Assembly: GCA_016206165.1 (NCBI GenBank)
Contig: JACQSD010000018.1
Location: 1-51,529 of the forward strand
Length of the DNA: 51,529 nt
Reading direction: 5' to 3'
Source of the DNA: Candidatus Uhrbacteria bacterium
Lineage (GTDB): Bacteria > Patescibacteriota > Patescibacteriia > JACQSD01
How positions within the stretch are numbered: position 1 is the stretch's first letter; each line of letters opens with the position of its first letter. This document shows, piece by piece, positions 46,211 through 51,529 of the stretch. Made by a program: the position numbers and the translations under genes. The notes under the pieces are model-generated. The model saw nothing but the letters and a program-made list of their open reading frames with translations. It was not told the DNA's origin and ran no database searches.

Positions 46211-47278
46211 TTAAATCTGCTGCGCGAGTGAATACATCGGCATGATAATCGCAACCGCGAGGCTCCCGACCCCAACGCCAAGAATGAGCATGAGGAGTGG
46301 TTCGATGAGCGAAGGAAGTGTACTCATGATTTGTTCCACCTCGTTTTCATAGAAGATTGCAATTTCTTTGAGCATGGTGTCGAGCGACCCGGTTTGTTCG
46401 CCCACCATAACCATTTGTGCAAGTGTCGGCGGAATGAGTTTTGGCATTTCTGGAAATATCGTGCCGAGCGCCGATCCGCGCTTCACCGAATCCGCACACG
46501 TTGCAAGGAGCTGCTTGTAATGGATATTCGTAACGACAGTGCCGGTGATCGTGAGCGCGTCGGCAATCGGAACCGCGGTCGAAAGGAGTGTGCCGAGTGT
46601 TCTCGTCAGGCGTGCAATGTTTATCTTTATAACAATTGGCCCAATGATCGGCATGTGGAGGAGTATGGTGTGCCAAATTTGTTTTCCGCGCGGACGCCGG
46701 ATTGCAAAAATGAATCCGCCGATGACAAGGATGGTTGCAAGCGCCATGAGAAACCCATGATCAATCATAAATGCACTCGTTTTCATAAGGATGCGTGTGG
46801 GGAGCGGAAGTGTTGCCTTAAACTCGTTAAACATTGCGGTCATTTTTGGGACGATGAATATCATGACCCCTGCGCCTATCGTGATCATGGCGATAATGAC
46901 AATTGTTGGATAGACGAGCGCCCCACGAACTTTACCTCGCATTTCATGTTCTTTTTTCATTTGTGTATAAAGTTCGGACAAGACATGTTCAAGTGTTCCA
47001 CTCAATTCTCCAATCCGAACCATATTCACAAAGAGCGCTCCAAAATGACGCTCGTGTGATTCGAGTGCGCGAGCGAATGATGTCCCGTGTTCTATGGCGT
47101 CACGGATGTCGCTAAGGATTGATTGAAAATGCCGATTCTTTGTTTGTGCGATGATCGACGCGAGTGCAGGGGCGAGGGACATCCCTGCTTTGAGCATCAT
47201 CGAAAGATATTGCACAAAAAAAAGTTTATCCGTCACCGTGATTGGAGTCAGTTTATCGAGATACGCTTGTAGTGTCAT
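46211..47278 (-). CDS. pilC: Type IV pilus platform protein PilC/GspF
   Basis: GELSGTLE, ALVYP, GEQTGSLD, LIEP, IIMPMY. Confidence 0.92.
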   Translation of the reverse strand: MTLQAYLDKLTPITVTDKLFFVQYLSMMLKAGMSLAPALASIIAQTKNRHFQSILSDIRDAIEHGTSFARALESHERHFGALFVNMVRIGELSGTLEHVLSELYTQMKKEHEMRGKVRGALVYPTIVIIAMITIGAGVMIFIVPKMTAMFNEFKATLPLPTRILMKTSAFMIDHGFLMALATILVIGGFIFAIRRPRGKQIWHTILLHMPIIGPIVIKINIARLTRTLGTLLSTAVPIADALTITGTVVTNIHYKQLLATCADSVKRGSALGTIFPEMPKLIPPTLAQMVMVGEQTGSLDTMLKEIAIFYENEVEQIMSTLPSLIEPLLMLILGVGVGSLAVAIIMPMYSLAQQI

Positions 47279-47290
47279 AGATTCCGGCCC

Positions 47291-47323
47291 CCCTCTCCTG
47301 GTAGGAGAGGGTTGGGGTGAGGT
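47291..47323. repeat. 33-bp BoxC-like repeat, copy 5 (between pilB and pilC)
   Basis: CCCTCTCCTGGTAGGAGAGGGTTGGGGTGAGGT. Confidence 0.85.
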
Positions 47324-48987
47324 TATTCTTTTGTCACACGAAGCACTTCTTCAATCGTCGTGATCCCTTGTTTTGCCTTTGCAAGTCCGTCGTCCAAGAG
47401 GGTGAGCATTTTTTGTTCGTGTGCGGCTTTCACAAACGCATCGCGTGGGGCACGTTCAAGGATGAGCGCGGAAAGCGCCGGCGTCATTTCGAGTACTTCA
47501 TAGATGCCCACGCGCCCTTTATATCCCTCGTTATTACACTGTTTGCATCCCTTGCCGTGGAAAAATTTAAGATCACTCCCTTTTTTTCCTTTCAATGCAT
47601 TCGTGAGCGACTCGATCGACGTTGTGGTTGTTGCAAACGGCTCAATACATTTTTGGCAGATCTTCCGTACAAGTCGCTGTGCAATAATGACATTGATCGT
47701 CGATGCGACAAGAAATGGGGCAATGCCCATATCGAGGAGCCGTGGGAGCGTCGTCACTGCATCGTTCGTATGGAGTGTGGAAAGCACGAGGTGCCCGGTG
47801 AGCGCCGCATGCACTGCAATTTCACCAGTTTCTGTATCGCGAATTTCACCGACCATGATAATGTTTGGGTCTTGTCGTAAGAATGACCGGAGTGCATTCG
47901 CGAACGTGAATCCGATGCGCGGGTTCACTTGACTCTGATTGATGCCGGGCATGCGATATTCGATTGGGTCTTCGACGGTCAGGATGTTCACCTCCGGCGT
48001 GTTCACGATATTGAGGATCGTGTAGAGTGTTGTCGTTTTTCCGGATCCCGTTGGCCCAGTGACAAGAATCATGCCATGTGGTTTTTTAATACCGCGTTCG
48101 ACAATGGCGAGTGGTTCTCGCTGCAACCCAAGCTGATCGAGTGTTAATGGTCGGCTTGATTCATTCAGGATACGGATGACAATTTTTTCGCCGTCAGCAA
48201 CAGGAATAATCGAGACACGAAATGAAATGCGTTGATCATTCTCGATAATTTTAAATCGACCATCTTGTGGGAGCCGATGCTCATCAATTTTGAGGTCGGC
48301 GAGTACTTTGATCCGTGCAACAATACCCGAATGGATTGCTTTCTCGAGTTCCATTGTTTTTTTAAGCATGCCATCAACACGAAATCGGATGATCGTCATG
48401 CGATCGGTTGGCTCAATATGAATATCTGATGCGCCTTCCGCAATCGCAGACTTGAGTGTAAGGTCCACGACGCGCACCGCAGAGAGATCATCAGTGATCG
48501 GAGTTCCTTCAATTTTTTCATCGTGTTCCGTTTGGAGGAGAGCGACTTCAGCGGCAAGATTTTTATGGTACAAGCGAAGTGCGTCCGCAATACTTGTGGG
48601 CGTGGTAAGGAAAAGCCGTGCAGCCCGCCCCGCGCGCTTCTCAATAAACTCAATGGTTTGTGATTGGTGTGGATTTGTCGATGCGAGCGCAATGGTCGTG
48701 CCGTCGTCATCCCACGCGATCACTTGATGCGCGTGTGCGAACTGTTCCGGGATGAGGGTGAGCACATCACGCTTCACGCTTTTTTCTTTGCAATCAACGA
48801 ACGGGAGCGCGAAGGTTTTTGCTGCATGTTCATAGAGCTCTCGCTCGGCAACGATCTTTTTTCGAATGAGATATTCCTCAAGCGAGAGACCTTCCTTCGT
48901 TGCGGCGTCGGTGTGTGTCGCAATTTCCGATTCTTTGAGCAGGCCCTCGTTGGTGAGTGTAGCGATGAGATCTTCGTAGTGAAGCAT
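47323..48987 (-). CDS. pilB: Type IV pilus assembly ATPase PilB/GspE
   Basis: ASDIHIEP, PQDGR, GPTGSGKT, EDPIEY, LRQDPNIIMVGEIRD, TGHLVLSTLH, CxxC..CxxC. Confidence 0.95.
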   Translation of the reverse strand: MLHYEDLIATLTNEGLLKESEIATHTDAATKEGLSLEEYLIRKKIVAERELYEHAAKTFALPFVDCKEKSVKRDVLTLIPEQFAHAHQVIAWDDDGTTIALASTNPHQSQTIEFIEKRAGRAARLFLTTPTSIADALRLYHKNLAAEVALLQTEHDEKIEGTPITDDLSAVRVVDLTLKSAIAEGASDIHIEPTDRMTIIRFRVDGMLKKTMELEKAIHSGIVARIKVLADLKIDEHRLPQDGRFKIIENDQRISFRVSIIPVADGEKIVIRILNESSRPLTLDQLGLQREPLAIVERGIKKPHGMILVTGPTGSGKTTTLYTILNIVNTPEVNILTVEDPIEYRMPGINQSQVNPRIGFTFANALRSFLRQDPNIIMVGEIRDTETGEIAVHAALTGHLVLSTLHTNDAVTTLPRLLDMGIAPFLVASTINVIIAQRLVRKICQKCIEPFATTTTSIESLTNALKGKKGSDLKFFHGKGCKQCNNEGYKGRVGIYEVLEMTPALSALILERAPRDAFVKAAHEQKMLTLLDDGLAKAKQGITTIEEVLRVTKE

Positions 48988-49055
48988 AGGTGTATAGTAT
49001 ATCACATTCACTGCATTGAAGGAATTCACCCATTCTGATAGGATAAGTCAAGAAT

Positions 49056-49415
49056 ATGTTCTCTCTTCGCATCTACTTTTTTAAGGACAGAACCGTGCTC
49101 GCGATGGCGGCGCTTGCGCTCATGGCCATTGTGGGGAGCTGGTTGTTCATCGCCGCAGTGCCGCTGCCCCTTGCCGAGGATCCGTTTGTCGTGCTCCAAT
49201 ACACCGTGTACTTTGGTATTCAACGCCTTGGGGACTGGTCTACATTATTTTGGTTTCCTGGCGTGGGAAGCGCGATTGCGATCATCCACTGTATTGCCGC
49301 ATATGTGTTGTATGACCGCGATCGATTTTTGAGTTATGTACTTATGATCGGTGGAGCATTGAGTACTGTTATACTCTTTTTCGTGAGCCTCTTCATACTC
49401 ACGGTGAATGTCTAA
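49056..49415 (+). CDS. Hypothetical membrane protein (3 TM)
   Basis: LQYTVYFGI..G.W pattern; coupled to mraY. Confidence 0.65.
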   Translation: MFSLRIYFFKDRTVLAMAALALMAIVGSWLFIAAVPLPLAEDPFVVLQYTVYFGIQRLGDWSTLFWFPGVGSAIAIIHCIAAYVLYDRDRFLSYVLMIGGALSTVILFFVSLFILTVNV

Positions 49416-50449
49416 TGTCTATGACAATTGTCGATCACGTCACCCGGCTTCTTTTTCTTTTCACGATTGCATTCGTGAGTACTATGGCGTGGACTCCGCT
49501 CCTCACCCGTTTTTTGTATCAGCATCGCCTTGGGAAACATATTCGCGACGCAGGAGAGGCGCCGATCATGGCGGGGCTCCACGCGGCGAAAGCAGGGACG
49601 CCAACGATGGGCGGCGTGCTCGTGTGGGGGACAACACTTGTATTGACACTGCTTGTCGCATTCCTCGCGCCACAATTTTCATTTCTCTCGCGCAAAGAGA
49701 CGCTCTTGCCGCTTGGCGTGCTTATTGCGTCCGCGTTCGTCGGGCTTGTTGATGATCTTTTCAACGTGTGGCGGATGGGTAGCCACGGAGGAGGGCTTCG
49801 CATGCGACATCGACTGCTCCTCTATTCGCTCATTGCTGCGGTTGGCGCGTGGTGGTTTTACGTGAAGCTTGAATGGGATTTTTTGCACATTCCATTTGTT
49901 GGCGATGTGACGGTTGGCGCGTGGTACATTCCCATATTTATTTTCATCATCGTTGCGACATCATTTTCCGTGAACGAAATTGATGGCCTCGATGGCCTCG
50001 CAGGCGGTACGCTTTTGACTGCATACGGGGCATTCGGAGCGATTGCGTTTGTGCAAGGGCGGTACGATCTTGCTGCACTCATTAGCGTCATTATTGGCGC
50101 GCTCCTCGCATTCCTTTGGTTCAATATCAAGCCCGCTCGGTTTTTTATGGGGGATACAGGGTCAATGTCACTCGGTGTGACGCTCGGGGTCATTGCCATG
50201 CTCACGAATGCAGCGCTCTTGCTCCCCATCATCGGTATTCTTTTTGTTGTTGAATCATTGTCGGTGATTATACAGATTACATCGAAGCGTCTTTTCCATC
50301 GAAAAGTATTTCGCTCCGCGCCTATTCATCATCACTTGGAAGCCATTGGTTGGCCGGAGGAAAAGATCGTCATGCGGTTTTGGGTGATCGCCGCCGTAAG
50401 CGCAATCGCGGGCCTTGTCCTTTTTCTTCTTGATCGAGGGATTACGTAA
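49415..50449 (+). CDS. mraY: Phospho-N-acetylmuramoyl-pentapeptide transferase
   Basis: KAGTPTMGG, GLVDD, DGLDGL, FMGDTGS, APIHHHLE..GW.E..RFW. Confidence 0.96.
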   Translation: MSMTIVDHVTRLLFLFTIAFVSTMAWTPLLTRFLYQHRLGKHIRDAGEAPIMAGLHAAKAGTPTMGGVLVWGTTLVLTLLVAFLAPQFSFLSRKETLLPLGVLIASAFVGLVDDLFNVWRMGSHGGGLRMRHRLLLYSLIAAVGAWWFYVKLEWDFLHIPFVGDVTVGAWYIPIFIFIIVATSFSVNEIDGLDGLAGGTLLTAYGAFGAIAFVQGRYDLAALISVIIGALLAFLWFNIKPARFFMGDTGSMSLGVTLGVIAMLTNAALLLPIIGILFVVESLSVIIQITSKRLFHRKVFRSAPIHHHLEAIGWPEEKIVMRFWVIAAVSAIAGLVLFLLDRGIT

Positions 50450-50454
50450 CGCAA

Positions 50455-50491
50455 GAGAACGGGTCTCTGAAATTCAGGGAGACCCGTTCTC
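50455..50491. terminator. Hairpin after mraY
   Basis: GAGAACGGGTCTC...GAGACCCGTTCTC (13-bp arms), no clear T tract. Confidence 0.5.
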
Positions 50492-50541
50492 CGAAGTAAG
50501 TTTAAACTAAGAGGGGTGAGGGGAGTTATGGTTCGGCATAC

Positions 50542-50568
50542 TGTCATCCTCGCGCAAGCGGGGATCCA
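50542..50568. repeat. REP/dRS3-like short palindrome
   Basis: TGTCATCCTCGCGCAAGCGGGGATCCA. Confidence 0.45.
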
Positions 50569-50682
50569 TGCTAGATGAAAAAATAAAAGACGGGATTCTG
50601 GACATCATCGTCAATGCAAAAAAACTTAGTCAGCGAATCTTCGCCCGCGTCGTTGGGGAGGTGTTAAAGAAAGTATGTAAAT

Positions 50683-51411
50683 ATGAGTCATGAGGAGCTT
50701 ATAAAAACACAGGCGGAGGAATTCGCAAGGGTCAATAAAAAACGATTGGCAAGAGAATTGACGGACATGTCAAAATACGTTCCGGATGAGATTCCCATTT
50801 CTGTTTTTATGGCAGGTTCTCCCGGCGCAGGGAAAACTGAGTACTCAAAGAATCTTATCGAGATTCTTGAGAAAAATAGGAAACATAAAGTTATTCGTAT
50901 TGACGGCGATGAGGTTCGGAGTCGTTTCTCGGGTTACACGGGAAGCAACTCGTATCTTTTTCAAGTTGCCATAAGTATTGTTGTCGATAAGGTACATGAC
51001 ATGGCACTTGAGCATAAACAAACTTTTTTGCTCGATGGCACATTTTGGAATTACGAGAAAGCAATAAAAAATATCAATCGTTCATTAGATGCGAAGAAGG
51101 GAAGAATGGTTCTTATTTTTTATGTATACCAGAAGCCGGAAGTGGCATGGAAATTTACGAAAGCGAGAGAAGTCGCCGAAGGGCGCAATATTCCTAAAGA
51201 AGTATTTATTCGTCAATTCCTCGGTGCACGAGAAACGATAGATCGTATACGAAAGACTTATGATAAAAGAGTATCCATTTTTTTGGTGAAGAAAGATTTT
51301 GAAACTCACGCCGTCGAAGATATTATTGGGATTGAGCCGGATGGCAAGCAGATTGACGAATACCTTCCGGAACGGTATACTCAAAATGACCTAGAAAACC
51401 TACTTCTATGA
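50683..51411 (+). CDS. Zeta-toxin family P-loop kinase
   Basis: FMAGSPGAGKT, RIDGDE, LDGT, AW.FT.ARE..EGRNI. Confidence 0.8.
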   Translation: MSHEELIKTQAEEFARVNKKRLARELTDMSKYVPDEIPISVFMAGSPGAGKTEYSKNLIEILEKNRKHKVIRIDGDEVRSRFSGYTGSNSYLFQVAISIVVDKVHDMALEHKQTFLLDGTFWNYEKAIKNINRSLDAKKGRMVLIFYVYQKPEVAWKFTKAREVAEGRNIPKEVFIRQFLGARETIDRIRKTYDKRVSIFLVKKDFETHAVEDIIGIEPDGKQIDEYLPERYTQNDLENLLL

Positions 51412-51529
51412 TCAAAATGCTAAAAGCGATCTTTCAAGGCCGAGGAGAAAGCGGTGTAGAAAAATACTCCGGTTTTTCTGATTTTTTCTTGCGTGCTTCG
51501 TCCGATGAGAAAAAGGCAGTAATGCAAGA
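51408..51529 (+). CDS. Small protein coupled to the zeta-like gene (partial)
   Basis: ATGA overlap; MIKMLKAIFQGRGESGVEKYSGFSDFFLRASSDEKKAVMQ runs off the window. Confidence 0.55.
   Translation, partial: MIKMLKAIFQGRGESGVEKYSGFSDFFLRASSDEKKAVMQ

Overview
Bacterial chromosomal window using genetic code 11 (TGA is a stop; prfB has the CTT-TGA frameshift). The gene set most resembles Patescibacteria/CPR (inference): split ComEC, very large Cys-rich Ig-like surface proteins, a type IV pilus operon, and a stand-alone wHTH+Cas2-like PaaX-type gene. Housekeeping genes: pth (in-frame TAA), der, LCP, tRNA-Val, lepB, hisS, rpsU, ybeY, dgkA, ftsA, ftsZ, nrdR-nrdJ, degP, prfB, comEC, ndk, pilBC/pilins/pilMNO, mraY. 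The most notable items are: (1) a promoter- and terminator-bounded unit of three aberrant tRNA-like RNAs, preceded by a palindrome whose other two copies bracket the wHTH-Cas2-like gene; (2) tRNA-Val relics carrying hairpin insertions in their D and T loops; (3) an apparent B12-scavenging module (cobalamin riboswitch, split transcobalamin-like proteins, putative S-component, adenosyltransferase, class II RNR); (4) a duplicated ~115-nt three-hairpin 3' module; (5) several families of short palindromic or periodic repeats, some translated inside proteins. All calls come from visual inspection; no database searches were run.
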